Origin: an uncultured Bacilli bacterium
GTDB taxonomy: Bacteria > Bacillota_I > Bacilli_A > RFN20 > CAG-631
Direction: 5' to 3'
Length of the DNA stretch: 64,000 bases
Assembly: GCA_934201705.1 (NCBI GenBank)
Contig: CAKPXF010000001.1
Coordinates: forward strand, 66,783-130,782
Position 1 is the first letter of the stretch. Each line of letters opens with the position of its first letter. Under the pieces are notes generated by a model. The model was given only the letters and a program-made list of their open reading frames with translations. It made no database searches and had not been told where the DNA came from. Shown here piece after piece: positions 18,316 through 28,091 of this stretch. Made by a program: the position numbers and the translations under genes.

Positions 18316-19350
18316 TTGTTAAAGAAAAGGACGAAAGTAAATATGAAAAAATATCATCCATTAATCAAAAAAAGTAAAAGAAGAGACGAATTATTATCAA
18401 ATAAAGAAACATCAATTATTAAAAAAGCAAATCGTAGATTTATTAAGATTTTCCTTTTAGTTGGTATAGTTTTATTAAGTATAATTGTTATAAGCTGTAT
18501 AATTGATATTTTTTCATTCTTTTATAAACTTCATCCTTATGCTGGTTATATATCACTTATATTATTAACTTCTTTAATTCTATTTTTAGTTATTAGACCA
18601 GTAATAATTGCTTTATCTACACCTTGCTTTACTTTAGATATTATTGATAGTACTAATAAAAAATCGATAAATCAAAAGAATTATCGAAAACTAAAAAAGG
18701 TCGCTTGTAATTTAATTGATGGCGATATTATTAGCGAAGAAAGTAAAAAAGAAATAGAAAAAGCTATGTCATCAAGAGAAGAATTGAATTTAGTCTTAAG
18801 AGATGTTTATAATGACGAAATTACTAAAAAAATTAATAAAATTGTTAATGAAAGTGCTACAAAGGTATTAATAGGTACAGCAATTAGTCAAAACAATCGC
18901 TTTGATAGTGCAACTGTATTATTAGTTAATATTCGTATGATTATGCGTATTGTGATAGCTTGTGGCTATCACCCATCATATCCCCAACTTTTTAAATTAA
19001 TTGTGAAGGTTTTTCGTAATGCTTTATTTGCCTATACTATTCAATCAATAAATATTGATGAAATGATAGTTAATGGAATTGATAAGCTTGTTAAAGGAGC
19101 ACTATCATCTATACCATTTTTGTCTGAAATTACTAAAAGCTTAACGCAAGGAGCAGCTAATAGCTTACTTACATTAAGAATTGGAATAATTACAAGAAAA
19201 TATTTATATGAGGAATTTGATATTCAAGCAATGTTAACTGATCCTGATGAAATAAATAATCAAATATTACAAGAAGCAGTAGAAGAAGCTGATTTAAGCA
19301 TTGATAATGTCCTTAGTGAATATAAAGAGCAAAAAAAAGTAAGGGTTTAA
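18316..19350 (+). CDS. Membrane protein of unknown function (N-terminal basic region, 2-3 TM helices, cytoplasmic C-terminal domain)
   Basis: 344-aa ORF with hydrophobic segments (IFLLVGIVLLSIIVISCIIDIF; ISLILLTSLILFLVIRPVIIAL). The likely start is the internal Met at ~18343 (MKKYHPLI). Confidence 0.5.
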   Translation: MLKKRTKVNMKKYHPLIKKSKRRDELLSNKETSIIKKANRRFIKIFLLVGIVLLSIIVISCIIDIFSFFYKLHPYAGYISLILLTSLILFLVIRPVIIALSTPCFTLDIIDSTNKKSINQKNYRKLKKVACNLIDGDIISEESKKEIEKAMSSREELNLVLRDVYNDEITKKINKIVNESATKVLIGTAISQNNRFDSATVLLVNIRMIMRIVIACGYHPSYPQLFKLIVKVFRNALFAYTIQSINIDEMIVNGIDKLVKGALSSIPFLSEITKSLTQGAANSLLTLRIGIITRKYLYEEFDIQAMLTDPDEINNQILQEAVEEADLSIDNVLSEYKEQKKVRV

Positions 19351-19364
19351 TATTAAGTCTTTAC

Positions 19365-20723
19365 CTATTTGAGATTTTCAAAAAACATATAGTTACTTTT
19401 ACCATGTGCTTTTACATAATAAAGTGCACGATCTGCATTTTGAAACTTTTCATCTTCATTTGTATTATCTTCCTTGAATGTGATGCCAATACTCATAGAA
19501 ACTTTCGGAAGATTACCATCAGTACTTAATAGCTTTTGCTTTAGTTTATTTAGCTTCTCACTAATATATCCACAATCATCGTTAGTTACATTAGGAATAA
19601 TTATAGCAAATTCATCACCGCCAATTCTAAAAATGAGTTTAGTTTCATTAAATACTTCACTTAGTTTTTCAGCAACCTTTTGAATTATTTTATCTCCCAT
19701 AACATGGCCGAATTCATCATTAAAATTTTTAAAGTAATCAACATCTAAAAGCATTAAGGCAAAAGGAGTTGTACCTTTTTGATAATTTAATAATATTTTA
19801 TTAAACATACTACGATTTAAAAGCTTTGATAATGCATCATGTTCTGCCTCGTGATGTAATAATTCTTGATTAGTTAAATTTTCTTTATATACACGATTAT
19901 ATGTTTTAGCAAGTGATTGTAGCTCAATTGCACCAATCTCTGGAACAACATTATCATTTTTCATATTTTCATTATAAATATTTAATGGATTTATAACTAA
20001 CTTATGAATAACAAAGTTTTCAAAAATAAAGAATAATAGCAAAACAAATTGAGCGATGGCTTGTTTAGTATAAAGGCCTTTAAAAATATCAATAGTATCG
20101 TTTTGCTTGCTTTTAGTCATTGCTAGTAATTGTTCAAGGCAGCTATTTACATTTGAAGATATTTGTTCCTTTACCAATTGATATTCATTATCACTTACTA
20201 GCTTTTGGGCTTTACTAATCTTTTGTGCAGCACTTAAAGCAAGATCATTTTCATCAATAATAACATTTGCTAAATCTGCTGGAGTATTTTCAACATTTAA
20301 TGCGATTGCAGTTAATTTCATAGCATATAGCTCCTTAATCATTAAATGATTAGATTCTTCCATTGCTTCCTCAATATCTTTTAATTGATCAATATTTTCA
20401 AAATTTTGACGTAACGCCAATAAGGCATTTTCTCGATGCTTAGTAACATTTGCTTCTTCAAAGTAACCATTTAAGTATTTTTCCTGGCCGGTCATAACAT
20501 ATAATCTAACCTGCTCAGTTAAAATATCTGATCCTTGTTGCATTTTTCTAGCAGCCTCTTCTGATATGATGCATTGCTCAGTAATAGTTGTAACTTTTTC
20601 AAAATAGTGAAATCCAAAATAAGAAACAAAAGAAAATACTGCAACAAATATTCCGGCAAAAATCATATTTATGAAATTAAATTTTTTAATATGTATATTT
20701 TTTGACATTGCTTTAGCCTCCAA
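19365..20723 (-). CDS. Diguanylate cyclase (GGDEF domain) with an N-terminal TM anchor and sensor region
   Basis: 452 aa. The C-terminal domain has the GGDEF active-site motif in context (LIFRIGGDEFAIII) and LLDVDYFKNFNDEFGH. There is an N-terminal hydrophobic helix. Confidence 0.8.
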   Translation of the reverse strand: MEAKAMSKNIHIKKFNFINMIFAGIFVAVFSFVSYFGFHYFEKVTTITEQCIISEEAARKMQQGSDILTEQVRLYVMTGQEKYLNGYFEEANVTKHRENALLALRQNFENIDQLKDIEEAMEESNHLMIKELYAMKLTAIALNVENTPADLANVIIDENDLALSAAQKISKAQKLVSDNEYQLVKEQISSNVNSCLEQLLAMTKSKQNDTIDIFKGLYTKQAIAQFVLLLFFIFENFVIHKLVINPLNIYNENMKNDNVVPEIGAIELQSLAKTYNRVYKENLTNQELLHHEAEHDALSKLLNRSMFNKILLNYQKGTTPFALMLLDVDYFKNFNDEFGHVMGDKIIQKVAEKLSEVFNETKLIFRIGGDEFAIIIPNVTNDDCGYISEKLNKLKQKLLSTDGNLPKVSMSIGITFKEDNTNEDEKFQNADRALYYVKAHGKSNYMFFENLK

Positions 20724-20937
20724 GCTTTAATGTAAAAATACTAGAATGCTTTTTAAATGATAAAACAAAATGTAAAAAAAGTTAAGATAATTTAATTTTT
20801 TACCCAAAATAAAGGGAAATGGAATATTTATTAAATTGAAGTTTATCATATTTTACTATACCAAGCTTATAAATCATATATAATTTTTAAAGAAAATTAT
20901 TCTTTATTTAAATAATAAATATTAGCATTTAATTAAA

Positions 20938-20972
20938 AACTCACATCAGTTATTTGATGTGAGTTTTAAAAC
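20938..20972 (-). terminator. Hairpin terminator downstream of the lipoprotein operon
   Basis: Inverted repeat aaaactcacatc ... gatgtgagtttt flanked by A/T tracts, 20 bp from the stop of the 657-aa gene. Confidence 0.55.
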
Positions 20973-20990
20973 TTATTTATGAGTTAATGT

Positions 20991-22964
20991 TTAATCGTAA
21001 AACAAAACAATAGTTTTATAAGTTGGAATAGTAGTAGAAGAATCTAAATAATATCCAACTTCAACATTGATTAATTTATTATTTATTGTTTTACTGTAAA
21101 CATAAGAAATGTTTTCATCTTTATCTACTATTTCTTCTTTAGCAAATGAATTCATTTCTAAATAGCTCTCAATGTTTTTAGTGGCAATTTTTGCTGATTT
21201 TTCATCTAAAACATCTGTTTCAATTTGCAATAAGCAATTTCCTTCTTTACCTTTTAATTGGCGATAACTTACCTTAGATAAAACCTCACTAGATATAGTT
21301 CTATTTGAGAAGAAATCAAGTTTATCAAAGATTTCATCCATAAAGCCATATGAAGCTAAGCCTAATCTTTTTTCAATAAGTTGATTGAATTTTTCTTTAT
21401 CTAAATAAGAATCAAAACTACCTTGATAATAAAATACACCAAATGAAACTGTTTGATTGCTTTCATCGTACATAAGTGAAAATAGCCAAACATTATCTTT
21501 TGATAAATATTGATTAATACTAAGACCATAATAGTCATCAAGCTTTAAAGTTAAGGTATAAGAAAGCTTTTCCATTTTTTCTTTAAAGTCAGGCAAAGGA
21601 TTATTTAGTGCAGTTCCAATAATTGTACAATTAGAATCACTTTTGCTATCAGTATTTAAATAATAATTATATGTATTATCTATATTTGGAAAATCTTCAA
21701 TTGTAAAACTATTTTCATTATCTAATTTTATGTAATTCATAAAATCAACTAAATGAGTTAATTGATTAACGCCTTTTAATGAGTCTTTATTATTTGTTAG
21801 TTCATCAATTTTAGTATTATTAATATCATAAACCTTTAAATAAATATCATTACTTATCATATAAGTGTGAGTTTCTTTATCAAGTGTTTTTTTAGAATAT
21901 AAATTTAAGCTAGAAAGATCATCATTAGTAAAGCCAATTTTATTAAAGAAAGTTGAAAATGTTAAAGCACTAAAGCCATAATAAGTATCATTAGAAAACA
22001 TTGTGCTATTTAATTCTTCATTATCCACCTTAGGTCTAAAATCAAATGAAGGGATTTCATATAATGATGAGGCTACATACCTTTTACCTGTTTCTATATC
22101 AACATAATAATCGCTATTAACAGAATGCTTAATAACACCATCTTCTTTATAAAAAGAAGCACTTAAAATACCATCATCATTTATAAAAGCAACATTATTT
22201 GTTGTAGGATTTTCATCATTTATATCAATATATTCATGATTTGCATTAAAAACGCCATTAGAATATGCGGTATCTGTGTATTTAGATACATAGATAAAAT
22301 CATTAAATTTGAATTCTAATGTATAGTTAGTAAGGCTAGTTAATAAATTAATTTGATCCTTTAAAGGCTTAAATGTATCGTTAACATTAACTATAAAACT
22401 AATAGAGTTAACATCAACATTAGTGTTTAAATATGATATAGCAATTTCTACATCTCCAGCTTTAGTAAATTGTTTGTTTTCATAATTAGTTGAATAGTTT
22501 TTAGTTTCTCCTTTTGAGGAAAATGCACCATCTACATATGTTAATAAATTAATTTTTAATCCTGTGCTATCAAAATAGTCGCCAGTATTATAGCTGACTT
22601 TATTTGGAAGAGATGCTATTTCAAGCTCATAAGAGGTGTAGCCCTTATATGGGAAAACACTAACTTCTATTTGGGCACTTTCAGTTTCATTACTAGCAAA
22701 AACTGTTATTTTTCCTGATTTTAGAACGGTTAATGAACCTTTATTAGAAATTAAGGCAATTGATTCATCACTAACGCTAAATTTAACATTATCTTTATTA
22801 GTCGTATACTGATAAGTATTACCAACATAGGCGATGCTTTCGCCACTTATGTTTAACTTTTCACTTTCAGATAAAGATGCATCGTTATTACAAGAAATCA
22901 AATTAATATTTATAGATGAAAACAAAAGTAACGAAAAGATAATTAAACTTTTATTTTTTCTCAT
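20991..22964 (-). CDS. Lipoprotein with an N-terminal BIG2 (bacterial Ig-like) domain, unknown function
   Basis: 657 aa. Signal peptide with lipobox (NINLISCNN). A BIG2-like segment follows (ISGESIAYVGNTYQYT...ITVFASNETESAQIEVSVF). Confidence 0.65.
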   Translation of the reverse strand: MRKNKSLIIFSLLLFSSININLISCNNDASLSESEKLNISGESIAYVGNTYQYTTNKDNVKFSVSDESIALISNKGSLTVLKSGKITVFASNETESAQIEVSVFPYKGYTSYELEIASLPNKVSYNTGDYFDSTGLKINLLTYVDGAFSSKGETKNYSTNYENKQFTKAGDVEIAISYLNTNVDVNSISFIVNVNDTFKPLKDQINLLTSLTNYTLEFKFNDFIYVSKYTDTAYSNGVFNANHEYIDINDENPTTNNVAFINDDGILSASFYKEDGVIKHSVNSDYYVDIETGKRYVASSLYEIPSFDFRPKVDNEELNSTMFSNDTYYGFSALTFSTFFNKIGFTNDDLSSLNLYSKKTLDKETHTYMISNDIYLKVYDINNTKIDELTNNKDSLKGVNQLTHLVDFMNYIKLDNENSFTIEDFPNIDNTYNYYLNTDSKSDSNCTIIGTALNNPLPDFKEKMEKLSYTLTLKLDDYYGLSINQYLSKDNVWLFSLMYDESNQTVSFGVFYYQGSFDSYLDKEKFNQLIEKRLGLASYGFMDEIFDKLDFFSNRTISSEVLSKVSYRQLKGKEGNCLLQIETDVLDEKSAKIATKNIESYLEMNSFAKEEIVDKDENISYVYSKTINNKLINVEVGYYLDSSTTIPTYKTIVLFYD

Positions 22965-22966
22965 AA

Positions 22967-24085
22967 TTATTTATTTAAGTTCTCCTTGTCCTTTTGTATT
23001 TGTTCCTTTAAGCCAGCAATTACTGTAGTACCAATATCAAAAATTTTAAACTTTGCTCTATAAGTGTAAACGTTACCTGAAGCACTTAAAGCCACATTCT
23101 TAAAGTCAAACTCCATAGAAATTTCATTGTTTGTATATGAAATTTTTCCAGTTAAATCATTGAAAAATCCACTATCATTAAATATAGATGCATAGCTTCC
23201 ATCAACTGCATTGAAGATTACTTGAGGTATTGAATAATCAATACTATATGAGCTTGTATCTGTAAAATTATTTCCATCCGTTTTAGAGTCATATGAATAA
23301 TAAGTTTTATCTTCACTTAGTGTTAAGTTAGAATCTTCAATTTTAAATTCATCAGTAACAAATTTAGATAAATCACCAGTATATCCCTTTTTATAATCAG
23401 AAATACCAGCCAATCCTAAAAATTGATCGATACCACTATCAGTAAATTTACCATTTACCATATCAAAGTTATGAACATATCCATCTGGAGAATTATAGCC
23501 TCCACCTTCATATTCATTACCATCTCCATCAATGCCATATTTAGAATAATAACCATCAACCTCTGCTTTATAAACGTTTCCTTTTTCAACTAAATCTTCA
23601 TATAAGGATACTGGATCACTAGTACCATTAATTAACTCGTTATTCCTAATATATTCTTTATCAACAATTTCATTTTTATCATTAATTAATTCGCCAGTCC
23701 AAGAAATTGTATAATTATAGTTGCTACCAGCATTATACATAATTCTTGTTAATTCATTGATGCTTGGAGTATGGATTTCTAATAGCTTTGATACCTTAAA
23801 TTCGTTATTTTCGCCATAGCTAGCTGTTACAATAAAAGTTCCATCTTTTTCATTTACTGTTAAAAGACCATCGCTAGTTATTGTTGCAAGATTATTAGAA
23901 ACAGACCAAGTAACATCTATATTAGAAGGGGCTTCAACTGTTAATTGAAGCTTTTCCCCTTGAACTAATACATCCTTTGCTGATTTAATTTCGCCTAATT
24001 CATTTAATTCAACATTAATAACTGTATCGCTACATCCCATTAAAATTGGAGTAGCAAGTAAAATAAATAAATATTTCTTTTTCAT
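22967..24085 (-). CDS. Lipoprotein with a BIG2 domain, unknown function (start adjusted to the internal Met)
   Basis: The ORF track starts at 24139. The signal peptide with lipobox (MKKKYLFILLATPILMGCSDT) begins at the 19th codon, which removes the overlap with the upstream gene. A BIG2-like segment is present (LQLTVEAPSNIDVTWSVSNN...FIVTASYGENNEFKVSKLL). Confidence 0.6.
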   Translation of the reverse strand: MKKKYLFILLATPILMGCSDTVINVELNELGEIKSAKDVLVQGEKLQLTVEAPSNIDVTWSVSNNLATITSDGLLTVNEKDGTFIVTASYGENNEFKVSKLLEIHTPSINELTRIMYNAGSNYNYTISWTGELINDKNEIVDKEYIRNNELINGTSDPVSLYEDLVEKGNVYKAEVDGYYSKYGIDGDGNEYEGGGYNSPDGYVHNFDMVNGKFTDSGIDQFLGLAGISDYKKGYTGDLSKFVTDEFKIEDSNLTLSEDKTYYSYDSKTDGNNFTDTSSYSIDYSIPQVIFNAVDGSYASIFNDSGFFNDLTGKISYTNNEISMEFDFKNVALSASGNVYTYRAKFKIFDIGTTVIAGLKEQIQKDKENLNK

Positions 24086-24086
24086 A

Positions 24087-26972
24087 TTACCAATCCCATC
24101 CTGGATCAATTTCTCCACTACCTGATGATGTTTTTTCAAGTAGTTTTAAAGTTTCTCCATTATAAACAATATTAATTCCTTCAATTGTTCCATCACTCTT
24201 TAAAGCACCAACCATAGAAGCATTTAATTTACTAACTAATGCAGCGTTATCACAAACAATATTAGTTAATGTTAATGTATTACCTGAAACAACAATATCA
24301 AAAGTAAATGTTCCAATAATAGTTGTTTCGCCATAATAATAAGGTTCGTTTTTAATAACAAGAGTTCCTTTTAAAGTGTTTTCAGAAACATCTGTAAATG
24401 TTAATGTATAAGTAGTATCATCATAAGTTGACCAGTCTGTTACAGACTTAGAGTATGTTTTATCTTTAATAGATTCATAAATAGAAGGAACAGCTTTTAT
24501 TTCAATAGTTTTTGTAACAAACTTGCTTGAATCGCCTTCAGCAGTAGCCTTTATTACAATACTACCAGCTGTATTTCCAGCCTTTAATAAGAATTTACTA
24601 CCACTCTTTTCAATAGTGCATCCTAAATTATCACCTTCAATAGTATAAGTAACATTGCTATTTTCCACAGATCCACTTGGATTAACAATAGCCTTTATTT
24701 CACTACTATCATTACAATACATTGAATCAGGAGCTTTTGTTAATTCAACATTTTCAATAGCAGCATAGCTAACAACAAATGTTAATGTCTTACTAACATT
24801 TTTACTAGCAAATGTAACATTGTATTCTCCTTTCTTTGGCGCAGAAATTGTAAATCCATATTTTACACTACCATAAACATTAATGCCACTATCCTTAGTA
24901 GTAGTTATTTCATCAATACCAGCTAGTGCAGTTGAAGGAACAATATCCTTTAATTCAACAAATACATCATTTGAAACAATAATATTATATTTTCCTTCAC
25001 TAGTAGGAGTTATTTTTGATCCTTCTTTATCTGATTTACTAGTAAATACATTCAAATCAAATGCAGAGTAATAATAATTATCGAAGTTAAAGTATTTATT
25101 ATTATCAGCTTCCTTTTGACCATATTCAATTGAAGCAGTATATTCAGTGATTTGGTCTTTAGCAGTTGAAACTAAATTTCCATCACTATCAATTTCATGA
25201 TCAACACGCTTATAAGAAAGTGCGTCAACACCACCATCGCTTGTAAATGAAATTGTAGATGTTACATCTGTTTTATATTTAGTATTACGGAATCCAGTAG
25301 TAATACATGTTGCAGTAAATTTATAGCCATTAGCATCCTTTAAGCCAACTAATGAACTTCTAATTTCTTTTTCATCACCATCAACAGAAAATACTCCATC
25401 AATAAGTTTCTTACTATAGAAATCAGCTAATCCAGTATATTTATCACCGATTCCTGTATTTTCTAAAAATTCTGCAGAGCCAAATGTATTTAAATATCCT
25501 TGATATTCTACTTTATTATCTTCAGTTATTTCTGTGTTATTAATAACACTAACATCTTGTCCGTTTTTGTTAAGTGTATAGAAGACATTATCAACAATGC
25601 CTTGATATAAATAGCTAACAGCGCCATCTTTATCAGTTACCTTTGTAACAGTATATCCATCAGAATAGCTTTCAAATGAATATTCATTATTAATAGAAGA
25701 ATCATCATCATCTATATGATAAGTAAATGTAACCTTTTTAGTATTATTCAATTCATATTCTTTAGCAGTGGCTAATTTATCTTTTAAAGTATTAGATAGC
25801 ATTGTACCACTAGAAATTGGTTTTACATTAATTTCAGCCTTAATAGAATCATTATCCTTTAAGCTTACATAGATAGTGTTTGTATTTTCACTAGCATTTA
25901 ATATTGTTAATTTTCCATCACTTGTAATTTCAATATCCTTATCGCTAGAGCCTTTTTCCCAAACAAGTTCTGCAAAGCTTCCTTCTGGCTCTAATGTGGT
26001 AGTTAAATCGTATGTTTCTCCTTCTTCAACGAAATAATTAGTACCCCATCTAGTTTGATTTTCAATCCAAGATTCTGGAATGTTAATAGATATAGCAGTA
26101 GCTTTAAAGACAAAGCTTACTTCAATTGATACAAGGCCTTCTTTGACAGGAAATGAATAGTTAGTATCACTATTTTCATCTTTTGCAATTTCACTACCAT
26201 TTACTTTAACATATCTAGTAATATATTTATCATTAGCAGTTGCAGTAATAGTTAATGTAGTATTTTCATCAACACATGAACCATTTTGAACAACTGTATC
26301 ACCATTTTTAATAACTACAGTTCCATTAGTAAATGTTTCATCTAAATCAATTAAGCCTTTATTAGGATTAATCAAACTAAAAGTAGCACTTAAGAAGTTC
26401 TTGCCTTCAATTACTTTAAATGTGAAGTTTCCTTCATTATCTTTATTTATTGTAGTATTGTCATTTAGTTTAATAGATTCAATTTGATAGGCCTTATTAA
26501 CTGGAGTTGCTTCTACCACTACTTCAGTATCAATTGGCAACCTTTTATTGTCTTTATTAATAGGAGTTCCGTCTTTAAGCTTAACAGTGATTGTTCCATT
26601 ATTAACCTTAGAAGAAATTACTTCAACAGTACCATATTTACTAATAGGTGTTGATTCAATAAAAGTAACCTTAACAACATTGCTTCCTTCTTTAACTTTA
26701 AAGGTATTAGAATCCAATTTTGTGTCATTTAAATAGTAAGAGTCAATCTCATATCCTTCATTTGGACTAGCAATAATTGTAACAATTGTATCAATTTTTA
26801 CATTGCCTAATTTTGAAGCACTAACACTTCCGTTTTCAATATCATTTGCAACAGTTACAGCACCATATTTTATTGTTTCAACATTGTTAGATTCACAGCC
26901 ACTAATACTTAATGAAACAATGGAAGAAAACAATAAAAATGATGATATTAAAATGCTTTTTGTTTTTCTCAT
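24087..26972 (-). CDS. Large lipoprotein (961 aa) with four or more tandem ~85-aa Ig-like repeats, unknown function
   Basis: Lipobox LSISGCESNN. Repeated domain units are visible (YGAVTVANDIENGSV...VKVTFIE, YGTVEVISSKVNNGTI...SATFSLI, etc.). It is first in a three-gene lipoprotein operon. Confidence 0.65.
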   Translation of the reverse strand: MRKTKSILISSFLLFSSIVSLSISGCESNNVETIKYGAVTVANDIENGSVSASKLGNVKIDTIVTIIASPNEGYEIDSYYLNDTKLDSNTFKVKEGSNVVKVTFIESTPISKYGTVEVISSKVNNGTITVKLKDGTPINKDNKRLPIDTEVVVEATPVNKAYQIESIKLNDNTTINKDNEGNFTFKVIEGKNFLSATFSLINPNKGLIDLDETFTNGTVVIKNGDTVVQNGSCVDENTTLTITATANDKYITRYVKVNGSEIAKDENSDTNYSFPVKEGLVSIEVSFVFKATAISINIPESWIENQTRWGTNYFVEEGETYDLTTTLEPEGSFAELVWEKGSSDKDIEITSDGKLTILNASENTNTIYVSLKDNDSIKAEINVKPISSGTMLSNTLKDKLATAKEYELNNTKKVTFTYHIDDDDSSINNEYSFESYSDGYTVTKVTDKDGAVSYLYQGIVDNVFYTLNKNGQDVSVINNTEITEDNKVEYQGYLNTFGSAEFLENTGIGDKYTGLADFYSKKLIDGVFSVDGDEKEIRSSLVGLKDANGYKFTATCITTGFRNTKYKTDVTSTISFTSDGGVDALSYKRVDHEIDSDGNLVSTAKDQITEYTASIEYGQKEADNNKYFNFDNYYYSAFDLNVFTSKSDKEGSKITPTSEGKYNIIVSNDVFVELKDIVPSTALAGIDEITTTKDSGINVYGSVKYGFTISAPKKGEYNVTFASKNVSKTLTFVVSYAAIENVELTKAPDSMYCNDSSEIKAIVNPSGSVENSNVTYTIEGDNLGCTIEKSGSKFLLKAGNTAGSIVIKATAEGDSSKFVTKTIEIKAVPSIYESIKDKTYSKSVTDWSTYDDTTYTLTFTDVSENTLKGTLVIKNEPYYYGETTIIGTFTFDIVVSGNTLTLTNIVCDNAALVSKLNASMVGALKSDGTIEGINIVYNGETLKLLEKTSSGSGEIDPGWDW

Positions 26973-27126
26973 TTTTTAACCTCCATTAGAGTAATCTTAC
27001 ATCAATTTGGTCTTGCCAAATAAGAGATTACCTATAAAGGATATAATAGACGTTTATGTATGGTTTGTCAATGAATATTTTTTTTTGAAAGCACTTACAT
27101 GTTTAAGCACTTAATATGTAAAAAAA

Positions 27127-27170
27127 TACACTTATGAAATGGTTTGTTTTCCATAAGTGTACTAATATTA
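27127..27170 (-). terminator. Rho-independent terminator downstream of mntP
   Basis: 10-bp stem tacacttatg/cataagtgta with a 15-nt loop, followed on the minus strand by a TTTTTTT tract. Confidence 0.5.
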
Positions 27171-27226
27171 AAAAAAAATTATATAAAATAATTTTTTAAT
27201 CAAGGATCTAATTTTAGTTACTTCTT

Positions 27227-27877
27227 TTAAAATAAATTAATGAAAGAATTAATACTAGCTACTACATCATTCCAGTGAGTAAAGAAAATTTCAAAGCCTA
27301 TTATACATAAAATAATACCACCAGCAATAGTTGCTTTATTTGAAAATATTGTTCCAAATTTCTTGCCAATAAAGACAGCTACAACGCTAATTCCAAATGT
27401 TACCACACCAACTATTAAAAATGTCATATAAGCCTCTAATGGCTCTACATTACCATAAATAACTCCAACGCTTAAAGCATCAATAGAAGTAGCAATGGCT
27501 TGTATAAAAAGAACCTTAATAGTTAATTTTTTTGTTGATTCTTCATTTTCGTTATCTTTATTTTTTCCTTCTTTTATTCCTTCAATTATCATTTTAATTC
27601 CTAAGATTAATAACAATGTAAGTGCAATCCATGGAACTAAATAACCAAATATCTTTGTAAATCTTTCACCAAGTGCTACACTTAAAACAGTTACGGCTAA
27701 ATAGCCAAGGATTGGCATGATAATTTGGAATACTCCAAAGAAACTAGCAATAGTTAATATTTTGTTTGTTTTCATTTTTGGCTCTGCTAAACCATTACTC
27801 ATTGATACCGCACAAGCATCCATTGCAAGCCCAGCTCCAAGTCCAATTGCTGTTAAAAACCAAATTAATATTTCCAT
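27227..27877 (-). CDS. mntP: Manganese efflux pump MntP (YebN family)
   Basis: Multi-TM protein with the paired MntP motifs (GLGAGLAMDACAVSMSNG and later ATSIDALSVGV). The start is set at the internal Met (MEILIW), which is preceded by an AAAGGA RBS. Coordinates may be off by 1 nt. Confidence 0.75.
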   Translation of the reverse strand: MEILIWFLTAIGLGAGLAMDACAVSMSNGLAEPKMKTNKILTIASFFGVFQIIMPILGYLAVTVLSVALGERFTKIFGYLVPWIALTLLLILGIKMIIEGIKEGKNKDNENEESTKKLTIKVLFIQAIATSIDALSVGVIYGNVEPLEAYMTFLIVGVVTFGISVVAVFIGKKFGTIFSNKATIAGGIILCIIGFEIFFTHWNDVVASINSFINLF

Positions 27878-27896
27878 ATTGTTTGTTCCTTTCAAA

Positions 27897-27950
27897 TAAA
27901 AAAACGAGACAACGTAGTTAGCCCATAAATGCTAACATAAGTCTCGTTAA
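27897..27950 (-). terminator. Expression-platform terminator of the Mn2+ riboswitch, immediately upstream of the mntP RBS
   Basis: Minus-strand RNA: AACGAGAC-(30-nt loop with an internal stem GUUAGC/GCUAAC)-GUCUCGUU followed by UUUUUUU, ending ~15 nt before the RBS. Confidence 0.55.
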
Positions 27951-27954
27951 TTAA

Positions 27955-28030
27955 GATTAACCTGGTGTCTATGACCGGTTTGTAGGTCAATCACTCTAAG
28001 AGTTAACTACTCCCTTAAGTTACTTAAAAA
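27955..28030 (-). ncRNA. yybP-ykoY family Mn2+ riboswitch aptamer (5' leader of mntP)
   Basis: Minus-strand RNA contains the hallmark GGGAGUAG element, then UUGACC and ACCGGUCAUAGACACC elements typical of yybP-ykoY leaders. Position upstream of mntP with a terminator is the canonical arrangement. Exact boundaries are approximate. Confidence 0.55.
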
Positions 28031-28091
28031 ATTGTATCATTTTATAAAAACAAAAGCAATACTTTCTACATTAAATAGAATAAGTAATAAT

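Noticed and set aside
24086-24139. Track start of the 390-aa lipoprotein ORF at 24139 (MKKHHQVVEKLIQDGIGN...)
   Set aside because: It would overlap the upstream gene by 53 nt and place 18 non-signal residues before the lipoprotein signal peptide. The internal Met with MKKKYLFILL...GCS is a better start.
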